Positions 11,417 through 22,450 of a stretch of DNA of 64,000 nucleotides are shown piece after piece (position 1 is the stretch's first letter; the number at the start of each line of letters is the position of its first letter). The position numbers were made by a program, and so were the translations under genes. The notes below the pieces were generated by a model, which had not been told where the DNA came from, searched no databases, and was given only the letters and a program-made list of their open reading frames with translations. The stretch comes from Octopus sinensis (taxonomy: Eukaryota): assembly GCF_006345805.1 (NCBI RefSeq), contig NC_043005.1:31868001-31932000 (forward strand), written 5' to 3'.

Positions 11417-11807
11417 CTGATGTTCATATCGTTGAATTTTTAATTTCTGATTTTTTTTAAAACTTTAATATCTACGATTTTCTGTGAAAATTTTACCCTC
11501 TTTTTCTTTTCTTTCCTTTCTCCTTGGGTACTCGAAAATGTAAACATCATTTTTATTGCAAAAACACTACAGTCGTCTCTGATCGGATCTCTAGAAAATT
11601 TTAAAACTTTAATATCTACAATTTTATCTTTCTTTTCTCCCTGACTACCCGCATATGTACACATACCTTTTATTGCAACAACACAATTTAATGCACGATA
11701 AAAAGAAATTAATGAGATAAGCACCTGTCAATATATATAAACTGTACAATTGCAAAAACTGTAAACCACAGCAAAACTTATAAACATAAAAGAAAAAACA
11801 TTTAAAC

Positions 11808-11815
11808 TATTATTA

Positions 11816-11889
<74 letters not shown>

Positions 11890-11926
11890 ATTATTATTAT
11901 CATTATTATTATTATTATTATTGTTG

Positions 11927-11983
<57 letters not shown>

Positions 11984-11990
11984 TATTATT
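11808..11990. repeat. (ATT)n microsatellite
   Basis: Direct reading. Confidence 0.95.
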
Positions 11991-14712
11991 CAGTAGTTTT
12001 ATTTTTATAGCGTGCTTTCACTTCACTACCGAGCGCAGCTCTGTGTGCCTTGGGTATGTGCTGTGATTTGTTGTGATGCTCTGATGGTTATTGTATGGAA
12101 AGTGTTCTGCGTAGGATGTGTGCAGTGCCTAGTAGTGCAATTTTCTGTATGTTATATGTGTTTGTAAGTCCTGGTGTTTTTGTTATGTATTTGTCTGAAT
12201 ATTTTTTTACCATGCCTAATGCACCTACTATGATAGGAATTGTTTCTGTTTTCAGGTTCCACATTCTAGTTATCTCTATTTCCAGGTCTTTGTATTTTGA
12301 GAGTTTCTCCATTTCTTTTAGAGACACGTTGTCATCTGCCGGTATTGATACATCAATTAGAAAGCATTTTTTTTCTTCATGATCTCTGACAACTATATCT
12401 GGTCTGTTGGCCTTAATTTCTCTATCTGTGTGTATCGGCATATCCCAGAGTATGGTTGCTTTCTCGTTTTCTGTGACCTTTTCTGGTGTGTGCCTATACC
12501 ATCTTTTTTCTGTTGTTATTCCATAATGTTGGCATAGCTTCCAATGTATGTAGGTTCCAACTCTGTCATGTCTGTGAATATATTCCTTCTTAGCCAGGAC
12601 TGGGCAGCTAGAGATAATATGATTTATTGTTTCTTGTCCATCTCCACATATTCTGCAGTTACTTGTAATATTTCTTTTCATTACATGTTTTTGGTAATTT
12701 CTGGTGGGGAGGCTTTGGTCTTGTGCTGCAATTAAAAATCCCTCTGTTTCTGCTTTGAGTCCTGAGCTTCTCAACCATTGCTGGGATTTTTCTTTGTCTA
12801 TTTCTTTTGCGTTTAGTTTAGTGCAGTATTTACCATGAAGGGGCTTTTCTTGCCATCGTTTTATCATGGCTCGTTGCTGTTCTATTTTTAGTTTGGATTT
12901 CATTTGTTTTATAGCTTTTGTTGTTTCTTCGTCATCTTCTTCTTCTTCTTTGTGTTTATTAGGTGGTATGATTTCTTGTTTGTATTTGTCAGCTTCCTTA
13001 AATACTGAGAACAGTTTTTTGTTTTGCTCGTGTTTTGCTGCTATCTGGATCAGTTTTCCTTCCTTCTGAAGTAGATATTTTTGCAGTCCTATGGTGGTTA
13101 TTTTATAGTAGTTTTCCAGCTGTATAAGGCCTCTACCACCTTCTATACGTTGTATATATAGTCTTTCTATGTCAGATTTTGGGTGATGCATCCTAGATCC
13201 TGTCAGTATTTTTCTTGTTTTCCTATCTATTTTGGACAGTTCATTTCGTGTCCAGTTAAGGATATTGTAGCTGTAACTTATAACTGGGACAGCTAAAGTG
13301 TTGATACCTATTATCTTGTTTTTAGCATTGAGCTCTGTTTTTAGTATTGATCTAACTCGTCTATAATATTCTTTTTTATTTTCTCTTTCATTTGTGTGTG
13401 TTGTGTCTTATCTAGTTCATGGATTCCTAAGTATTTGTAAGTTTGGCTTTGGTCTAATTCTTTTATTTCATTGGTTTTATCTAGTGTGATGTTGTTACTC
13501 TTAACTAGTTTTCCTCTGTTCAGGGTTACTTTGGCGCATTTTTCTAATCCAAATTTCATATCTATTTCTTTGGTAAATCCATGAACTGTCTTTAATAGTG
13601 TTTCCAGCTGTTTGTAATTTGCAGCGTATAGTTTTAGGTCATCCATATATAAAAGGTGGCTGATCGTTTTGCCGTAACATTTATATCCGCATCCAGTTCT
13701 ATTTAGCATATCAGATAGAGGTGACAGTGCCAAGCAGAAAAGGAGTGGAGAGAGCGTGTCTCCCTGGAATATTCCTCTTCTAATGGGGATGTCTTTGGTT
13801 TTCATGAGTCCCTCTTTTGTTTGGAGGTGTAGGACTGTTTGCCATTTATTCATAGAGTGCTCTATGAATTTTATGATTGTTGGTGCTACTTTGTTAATGG
13901 CTAGTGTTTCGAGGATCCATGTGTGGGGGATGCTATCAAACGCCTTTTTGTAGTCAATCCAGGCCATACTGAGGCCTTTCTTCTTTCTGTGGCTGTCTTC
14001 AGTTACGGCTTTATTAATCATTAGTTGATCTTTACAGCCATATGAGCCCTTGCGGCATCCTTTCTGCTCTTCTGGGGACAGTTTGTTTTCGTCCAGGTGC
14101 TTGTTCAGCCTTTGCGATATCACTGCAGTAAATGCCTTGAACATAGTAGGGAGGCAGGTTATTGGTCTGTAGTTTTCTGGTTTTGTTGTTTCATTTGATT
14201 TGGGAATTAAGATGGTTTTCCCCTTCGTGAGCCATTCAGGCATTGTCTCTGGCTCTACTAGTATGCTGTTAAAGTTTTCAGCCAGCTTTTTGTGCATTCC
14301 TGTTAGATATTTCAACCAGAAGTTGGGGATCTTGTCATGCCCAGGTGCCTTCCAGTTGCTTAGTTTTTGCAGTGCCTGGGTGACCTCTTCAGTTGTTATG
14401 GGTGTCCAAAGTTGTTCAGATGCCGAGTTTGTTATTTTCATACTCCTTTATTTTTGGCTGTTCGTTCGCCGACCATATTTCTCTCCAGAATTCTTCCAAT
14501 TCTTCTGCCGTTGGTGCTGCAGTGACTTCTATTTTATTTTTGCCCAGTTCTTGGTAGAACTTTTTGGGGTCGGAGTTGAATTAGAACTTTTGGGGGTCGG
14601 AGTTGAATTAGAACTTTTTGGGGTCGGAGTTGAATAGAACTTTTTGGGGTCGGAGTTGAATAGAACTTTTGGGGGTCGGAGTTGAATAGAACTTTTTGGG
14701 GTCGGAGTTGAA
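11991..14712 (-). mobile_element. 5'-truncated R4/Dong-type RLE retrotransposon (family B, copy 1): RT, CCHC knuckle, RLE
   Basis: ORFs 13341-14441 (YRPITCL, IDYKKAFDS, RGIFQGDTLSPLLF, LYMDDLKLY) and 12088-13191 (CRICG..HIISSC, KANRPDIV..D). They are separated by a 1-bp deletion in the T-run at 13372-13377 (T6 versus T7 in copy 2), with a further shift near 14450. Confidence 0.95.
14555..14712. repeat. 26-27-bp tandem repeat, 6 copies, of the element's 5' terminus
   Basis: Unit tagaactttttggggtcggagttgaa(t) starts at 14555, 14582, 14609, 14635, 14661 and 14687. The innermost copy is in frame with coding sequence FNSDPKKFYQELG. Confidence 0.95.
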
Positions 14713-14724
14713 TTATTATTATTA

Positions 14725-14798
<74 letters not shown>
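14713..14798. repeat. (ATT)n microsatellite
   Basis: Direct reading. Confidence 0.95.
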
Positions 14799-15352
14799 GA
14801 GTGAGAGAGTAGTGCATGCCATCAAAGTGACACTGGGGTAAAATATACGAAGCCAAGTATACCCATCATGACTACCCATCTGATAAGGGTACACCAGGCA
14901 CATGCATCGCAAACATATGTGCGCGACATGGTGATCTCATATCAAGAAAAACAGCACATGACCTTGCAGGTGGGGCCCAGTTAGAATTTTTTTCTGATCG
15001 AGTAGACCATCCCACTCAAAAGGTCCCTGAATAAGGATTGTTTAAGGATGTTGAACGAAATACCCATGTTTACAGAGGTGAATTATTCAAACCCGAAAAA
15101 ATCCCTCTCAACGCATGGCTATGATGCTCTCCCACTACTTCTGCTCGTGATCAGAGATGCACATATCGTCAGCCACTAAGGGACATGATCAACTGGTTAA
15201 GGTCAAACAACTGACAAGCAAACCTATGGTATTGAGCAGAATATTTGCTATAGCCCATCTTTTATACCAAGACAAACCAGTGTACATGATAACACTTCCA
15301 ATCAGTTAAGATCAGAAGTCACGAGAGCCACTGCCTGGTACTGCATCAGGGT
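14799..15352. mobile_element. About 550-bp non-coding interspersed element flanked by (TAA)n; orientation unresolved
   Basis: A reverse-complement partial copy lies at 27616-27958. No coding motif and no clear tRNA head. Confidence 0.75.
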
Positions 15353-15364
15353 ATTTTATCATTG

Positions 15365-15458
<94 letters not shown>

Positions 15459-15465
15459 CATTATT

Positions 15466-17207
15466 CAGTAGTTTTATTTTTATAGCGTGCTTTCACTTCA
15501 CTACCGAGCGCAGCTCTGTGTGCCTTGGGTATGTGCTGTGATTTGTTGTGATGCTCTGATGGTTATTGTATGGAAAGTGTTCTGCGTAGGATGTGTGCAG
15601 TGCCTAGTAGTGCAATTTTCTGTATGTTATATGTGTTTGTAAGTCCTGGTGTTTTTGTTATGTATTTGTCTGAATATTTTTTTATCATGCCTAATGCACC
15701 TACTATGATAGGGATTGTTTCTGTTTTTAGATTCCACATCCTGGCTATTTCTATTTCCAGGTCTTTGTATTTTGAAAGTTTCTCAATTTCTTTTAGAGAC
15801 ACGTTGTCATCTGCCGGTATTGATACATCAATTAGAAAGCATTTTTTTCTTCATGATCTCTGACAACTATATCTGGTCTGTTGGCCTTAATTTCTCTATC
15901 TGTGTGTATCGGCATATCCCAGAGTATGGTTGCTTTCTCGTTTTCTGTGATCTTTTCTGGTGTGTGCCTATACCATCTTTTTTCTGTTGTTATTCCATAA
16001 TGTTGGCATAGCTTCCAGTGTATGTAGGTTCCAACTCTGTCATGTCTGTGAATATATTCCTTCTTAGCCAGGACTGAGCAGCCAGAGATAATATGATTTA
16101 TTGTTTCTTGTCCATCTCCACATATTCTGCAGTTACTTGTTATATTTCTCTTCATTACATGTTTTTTGGTAATTTCTGGTGGGGAGGCTTTGGTCTTGTG
16201 CTGCAATTAAAAATCCCTCTGTCTCTGCTTTGAGTCCTGAGCTTCTCAACCATTGCTGGGATTTTTCTTTGTCTATTTCTTTTGCAATTAGTTTAGTCCA
16301 GTATTTACCATAAAGGGGCTTTTCTTGCCATCGTTTTATCATGGTTCTTTTCTGTTCTCGTTTTAGTTTGGATTTCATTTGTTTTATAGCTTTTGTTGTT
16401 TCTTCATCTTCTTCTTCTTCTTTGTGTTTATTAGGTGGTATGATTTCTTGTTTGTATTTGTCAGCTTCCTTAAATACTGAGAACAGTTTTTTGTTTTGCT
16501 CGTGTTTTGCCGCTATTTGTATCAGTTTTACTTCCTTCTGAAGTAGATATTTTTGCAGTCCTATGGTGATTATTTTATAGTAGTTTTCCAGCTGTATAAG
16601 GCATCTACCACTTTCTATACGTTGTATATATAGTCTTTCTATGTCAGATTTTGGGTGATGCATCCTAGATCCTGTCAGTATTTTTCTTGTTTTCCTATCT
16701 ATTTTGGTCAGTTCATTTAGTGTCCAGTTAAGGATATTGTAGCTGTAACTTATAACTGGGACAGCTAAAGTGTTAATACCTATTATCTTGTTTTTAGCAT
16801 TGAGCTCTGTTTTTAGTATTGATCTAACTCGTCTATAATATTCTTTTTTTATTTTCTCTTTCATTTGTGTGTGTTGTGTCTTATCTAGTTCATGGAGTCC
16901 TAAGCATTTGTAAGTTTGGCTTTGGTCTAATTCTTTTATTTCATTGGTTTTATCTAGTGTGATGTTGCTACTCTTAACTAGTTTTCCTCTTTTCAGGGTT
17001 ACTTTGGTGCATTTTTCTAATCCAAATTTCATATCTATTTCTTTGGTAAATCCGTGAGCTGTCTTTAATAGTGTTTCCAGCTGTTTGTCATTTGCAGCGT
17101 ATAGTTTTAGGTCATCAATATATATAAAAGGTGGTTGAACGTTTTGCCGTAACATTTATATCTGCATCTAGTTCTATTTAGCATATCAGATAGAGGTGAC
17201 AGTGCCA
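15466..17207 (-). mobile_element. 5'-truncated R4/Dong-type element (family B, copy 2)
   Basis: ORFs 16133-17155, 15832-16206 and 15563-15802 are closely similar to copy 1. The 3' UTR is identical to 11991-12087. (ATT)n lies on both sides. Confidence 0.95.
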
Positions 17208-17213
17208 CTTATT

Positions 17214-17244
<31 letters not shown>

Positions 17245-17282
17245 TTATTATTATTATCATTATTATTATTATTATTATTATT

Positions 17283-18205
17283 CTATGTTTGACTTTTGCT
17301 TTATATTTGTACAAGTTGGCTCCAAGTCTCACCCAGAGACCTCAAGAGACAACAGGGTTGGAAGTTCATGTTGTTGTTATGCCTAGTGTGCCATATATTT
17401 GGGGGGTGGGGATGTTGTACTAATGAATGTCTAAAAAAAAAGTTTTTTTTTTTTTTTTTTTAAACCGAAAATTATGGTTGTTTTAAACCTTGAGGTTACA
17501 TAGAGAGTATTTTGCGTACGATATGAGCAGTTCCCATGAGCACTATCTTTTGAACTTCTGCCATTTTTGGGTTTCCTGGTATCTGAGTTAGGTAGCTATC
17601 AGCCCCTTTTGCTATCATTCCCAGGGCACCTATGACAACAGGTATTGTTTTAGTCTTCAGCTTCCACATTTTGCTGATTTCTATTTCAAGATCTTTATAT
17701 TTGCTCAGTTTTTGGTAGGTCCTGACAGATACGTTTATATCGATTGGGACAGTCATATCAATGAGGAGGCATGTTCTTTGTTTGAAGTCTTTCAATATGA
17801 TGTCTGGCCTATTTGCATCTATCTTCCTGTCAGTTTGAATGGTGAAGTTCCAGAGGAGTGAGATGTGGTCATTTTCAAGCACTGGGGGTGGTTTGTGTTC
17901 CCACCAGTTTTTTTCATGGGGCAAATCCAGGTTTTTACAGATTACCCAGTGAATATATTGTGCAGCTCTATCGTGCCTGTTGAGATACTCTGTAGGCGCT
18001 AGAAGACTGCACTTGGAATGGTCAATGGTTTCATTTTGTTGCTTGCATACACGACACGTTGGACTGCTTCTGATCTTTAATATGTTGGCCTGGTAGTTTC
18101 TTGTTGGTAGGCATTGATCTTGAGCTGCTATGATAAACCCCTCTGTTTCAGATTTTAAGCCAGAGGCCATTAGCCATTGATGGGTCAGGGCTTTGTCGAT
18201 ATCTG

Positions 18206-18206
<1 letters not shown>
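17283..18206 (-). mobile_element. 5'-truncated R4/Dong-type element (family A)
   Basis: ORF 17496-18206 contains LKSETEGFIIAAQDQ, CRVCK, DANRPDII, LMGTAHIVRKILSM. The 3' UTR matches 266-456. Flanked by (ATT)n 17209-17282 and 18207-18279. Confidence 0.95.
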
Positions 18207-18279
<73 letters not shown>

Positions 18280-18284
<5 letters not shown>

Positions 18285-18375
18285 TTGGCTTTTGCTTTGT
18301 ATTTGTATAAGTTGACTACAAGTCTCACCCAGAGACCTCAAGATACAATTTAGAAGTTCAAGTTGGTGTTATGAC
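18280..18375 (-). mobile_element. Diverged family-A 3' UTR remnant
   Basis: ttttgctttgtatttgtataagttgactacaagtctcacccagagacctcaaga resembles 17291-17350. Confidence 0.7.
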
Positions 18376-19185
18376 CCGGCTGCCTTACTTTTTGTTTTGC
18401 ACAGAGTATTATTCTAGAGAATGTCTGTGAAAACATAAGAAAATTTGTTATAAAAGTAATTTGATTTTAAGATGATAGTGTGATCTTAAGGTGACAGTAA
18501 AAGACGTTTGCTATTATCTACATTTAAAGTACTTTTGACAATGTTTTGACATTGTTTACAGATTAAAATGTTTTGGGGATTACACAGACAATATTTTTTC
18601 TATGTTGCTTTGGGGATTACTTGACAGAGGTTTACTTTAGAGACAAGAGTATTTCTTCTTGCGTTTGAGGGTGATGGTTTGACGTTACTCTGCTCATTGG
18701 TTTACAAGAATTTGCAAGAATCTTAAAGAACCAACAGACTCTAACTGTAACAATAGCACCGTAAAATAGTAAAATCAACTTTATAATGTCCTCAGATGTC
18801 AGTGTAGATATATTTATTAGGACAGAACTGAATACACTCAATGATCTGTACAACGCATTAATAATGTCCTAAAAAGACCATTAGATTAGTGTTCCATATA
18901 ATTAACAGCAATATGGGGGAATAACATCTACAGGTTGTTCGTTGATAGACGTGTTTAATAGATGTGGGTGCGATGAGGAAGGAAGAACTGAGTGAACTCT
19001 TTGACACAAGACATATGCATAACAAGTGCACACAATTTTTATATATTAAAAAAGCTTATAATGAAATCAATGAATTTTGAAGGAAAAGCGTAATCACATC
19101 TGTTCTATGTCGATTGTCTTTAGGGACTTAGTTTTGCTAGATTGGAGAGGTGTGAAGTGGTACATAAACAACTAAATGTGTTAGT

Positions 19186-19410
19186 GGAGATGCGTGGCTT
19201 ATCGATTAGGATATTCGGCTCATGATTGTAAGGTAGTGAGCTCGAGTCCCAGCGGCGCGTTATGTTATTGAGCAAGACACTTTATTTTATGTTGTTTTAG
19301 TCCTCTCAGCTGGCAAAAATGCGTTGTACCTGTAATTCAAAGGGTCAAATTCTGTGTCACGCTGAATTTCCGTGAGAACTACGTTAATGGTACGTATGTC
19401 TATAGAAAGC
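19186..19410 (+). mobile_element. tRNA-derived SINE family S3, degenerate
   Basis: gcgtggctta..ttcggctcatgat..gagcaagacactttattt..cagctggcaaaaatg; homologous to 34861-35182. Confidence 0.8.
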
Positions 19411-19498
19411 ACACCAACTTGCAATTAGCTTTTACCATAGACTTGTAAGTGGAAATTGGCTAATGGAAACTACGTAGAAACTATTGCGTACACACATA

Positions 19499-19950
19499 TA
19501 GAGGCGTTATCAAAAAGTTCTCGGACTGTAGCGCGCCAACAGATGGTAGCACACGATTGCGCTCACAACAAGAACTAGCAGTGAACTTCATGAGGTAGTG
19601 TGTCGAGTGACATCCCTGTGTTTATTTCGCAAGTTGTGAAATTTGTGTTTTTGTGATCACATGAATGCTGTAGTCTGCGATTTAGTGAGTTTCTCGCCAA
19701 AAACAACATGGTATCACTTCCGCACCCGCCCTATTCGCCAGATTTGGCACCTGCAGACTTCCATCTCTTCCCCAAGATGATAAGGCGGCTTCAAGGTCAC
19801 CATTTTAACAGCGTTGTCAAGATCCAGAGCGAATAGCAGAAGGTCCTTATCTCGCTTACGGAAAACAACATCCAAACAGGATTCTAAAAGTGGTAGGAAA
19901 ACTGGGACCGGTGTATTGCTGAGCAAGGTAACTATTTCGATGGAGATGAT
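19499..19950 (+). mobile_element. Mariner DNA transposon remnant (left end plus transposase C-terminus)
   Basis: 19687-19946 translates EFLAKNNMVSLPHPPYSPDLAPADFHLFPKM..WDRCIAEQGNYFDG (YSPDLAP motif), with stops. Confidence 0.85.
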
Positions 19951-20020
19951 ATTAAAATATGATACTACCCCGTACCTACACGATACACACGCGCACAAAC
20001 AAACACACACACACTCTATT

Positions 20021-20235
20021 ATTCTTTTATTCTTTTGTTTCATTTGACTGCAGCCATGCTGGAGAACCGTTTTTTAGTCGAACAAATCGACCCCAGAACT
20101 TATTCTTTGTAAGCCTAGTACTTATTCTATCGGTCTCTTTTGCCGAACTGCTAAGTTAATTGGGCGTAAATACACCAACACCTGCTGTCAAGCGATCGGG
20201 AGAGGGGCAAACATGGATACACAAACATATAAATG

Positions 20236-20320
<85 letters not shown>

Positions 20321-20735
20321 ATACTCACACACTTTACTAATAAAGCTGCAGAAGCATCACAAAAACTATTACTCAGAGTTTCACGTTCCCGTTCGCCAGA
20401 CAGTTTTTTGTTTTGAGTTTCTCAACCAAAACTGTCCGACGAACGGGAACGTGAAACCCTGAGTAACAGCTTTTGTGATGTGTTTGCAGCTTTATTAATA
20501 AAGCATATTACTCTACTTCCGCTATTCGAGTACTATTTTTTTCCACTTTGTTTCACATTTATGTGCTTACTCTGGCATATATATGACGGGCTTTTCTCAG
20601 TTTCCGTCTACTATATCCACTCATAGGGCTCGGGGCTATAGTAGAATACACTTGCTCAAGGTGTCATGCAGTGGGACTGAACCCAGAACCCTGTCGTTGA
20701 GAAGCAAACTTCTTACCACACAGACATGCCTCCAC
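20021..20735 (-). mobile_element. SINE family S2 interrupted at its internal (TA)n by a fold-back element
   Basis: 3' half at 20021-20215 and 5' half at 20580-20735 are collinear with 50356-50771. Confidence 0.8.
20338..20497. mobile_element. Hairpin of two inverted hammerhead-like motifs (Penelope-type inverted terminal repeat)
   Basis: Arms of about 78 nt. Plus arm reads aaaactgt-CCGACGA-ACG-ggaa-CGT-GAAAC-cctga-GTA-acag. Minus arm reads aaaactgt-CTGGCGA-ACG-ggaa-CGT-GAAAC-tctga-GTA-atagtttt. Confidence 0.75.
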
Positions 20736-20741
20736 ACATGC

Positions 20742-20830
<89 letters not shown>

Positions 20831-20833
<3 letters not shown>

Positions 20834-21250
20834 AGAGAGGTTTAAAGGCAACACGCACACTGACACACACACACACACACCGTACACACACACACCGTAC
20901 ACACACACACCGTACACACACACACACCGTACACACACACACCGTACACACACACACACACCGTACACACACGCGTACACGCGCACTCCCCACACATGCA
21001 CAGTCGCATTATCACGTATATTTACTAGTTAGTCTATAAACATGGGAATGCCGGAAAATATAAATATACAAAATTTACATTATGTTCATTTACAGACATG
21101 CATAAACTTATATATATTAACACACACACACACGCACACACTCAAACTAAGCTTATAAAACACATACATACATATATACTACACACACACGCACACGCAC
21201 GCACACACACACACAGACATATATATCTATATAATATATAATATATATTG

Positions 21251-21288
<38 letters not shown>

Positions 21289-21719
21289 TATGGAGAGAGG
21301 TTTAAAGGCAACACGCACACTGACACACACACACACACACACACCGTACACACACACACACACACCGTACACACACACACCGTACACACACACACACCGT
21401 ACCACACACACCGTACACACACACACACCGTACACACACGCGTACACGCGCACTCCCCACACATGCACAGTCGCATTATCACGTATATTTACTAGTTAGT
21501 CTATAAACATGGGAATGCCGGAAAATATAAATATACAAAATTTACATTATGTTCATTTACAGACATGCATAAACTTATATATATTAACACACACACACGC
21601 ACACACTCAAACTAAGCTTATAAAACACATACATACATATATATACTACACACACACGCACACGCACGCACACACACACACACAGACATATATATCTATA
21701 TAATATATAATATATATTG

Positions 21720-21786
<67 letters not shown>
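20831..21786. repeat. Tandem duplication of an approximately 460-bp unit with (TA)n breakpoints
   Basis: Units begin tggagagaggtttaaaggc at 20831 and 21291; the unique parts read identically. Confidence 0.9.
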
Positions 21787-21788
<2 letters not shown>

Positions 21789-21789
21789 A

Positions 21790-22450
21790 AGTTAAACGCA
21801 GGTGTTATTCAAATCTTTTTACTTTCGACATATGTTTCGAAGAAAACATTGGTATTATTCCAGTAGGAATAAAATGGTGTAAAACAGTGCAATCTTCTCA
21901 TCAGGGAAAGAAAGAAACCAAACACATGAATAAGATATTTTAAAAGAATGTGGTGACTGCGTATATGATGAAGGGAACGCTAGCAAGTTTTTGTTTAAAA
22001 TTCCGTTAGTAGATATAACGTCAAAGGTAGTTTATAGAAAGTGAAGGAGGAGAAAGAAAGAAATTAGCAGAAAACTAATTGTGGATAGATGTAGAGCGAT
22101 AGGTGAATAGGAATAAAGCTTAAAGGCATGGAAGTAGATATATTTAGTTGAAGTAAAATGTAAGAAGACAGTCAAAAGGTCGAATTTTATAGAATGGTAG
22201 AAATTACTTATAGGAACTAAAGGTATATTTCTGCCAATGTTTGCAACGATAAACGCGTTCAATAAACATGTTTACAAGAGGATTCTCTGAGAACAGGATG
22301 AAATACTTTTCACTGTTACAAAGCGGGTAAAAAGATTTGCCTTTATCATACAGAAAAGACATAAAGAGACTATTCCATTCCAAATCAAATTGTTTATTAT
22401 GATCCTTTAGAGTTCTGACGTCTTTTTTATATAGGTAGTTCTTCATTTCA
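21790..22450 (-). mobile_element. Penelope-like element 3' end: GIY-YIG C-terminus plus terminal repeat with hammerhead
   Basis: ORF 22204-22446 FDLEWNSL..YDKGKSFYPLCNSEKYFIL..RCKHWQKY resembles the PLE endonuclease tail (C.LC..EK..IL..CRH pattern). A hammerhead core lies about 300 bp downstream. Confidence 0.65.
21822..21909 (-). ncRNA. Type I hammerhead ribozyme motif with intact core
   Basis: tttcc-CTGATGA-GAAGA..(long stem II)..TCTTC-GAAAC-ATAT-GTC^gaaag. Stem I has 4 of 5 pairs. The stem III loop is palindromic (CATATG). Confidence 0.7.

Noticed and set aside
18680-18960. Degenerate GIY-YIG-like stretch (LYNVLRCQCRYIY*DRT)
   Set aside because: Too many stops and too short to support a feature call.
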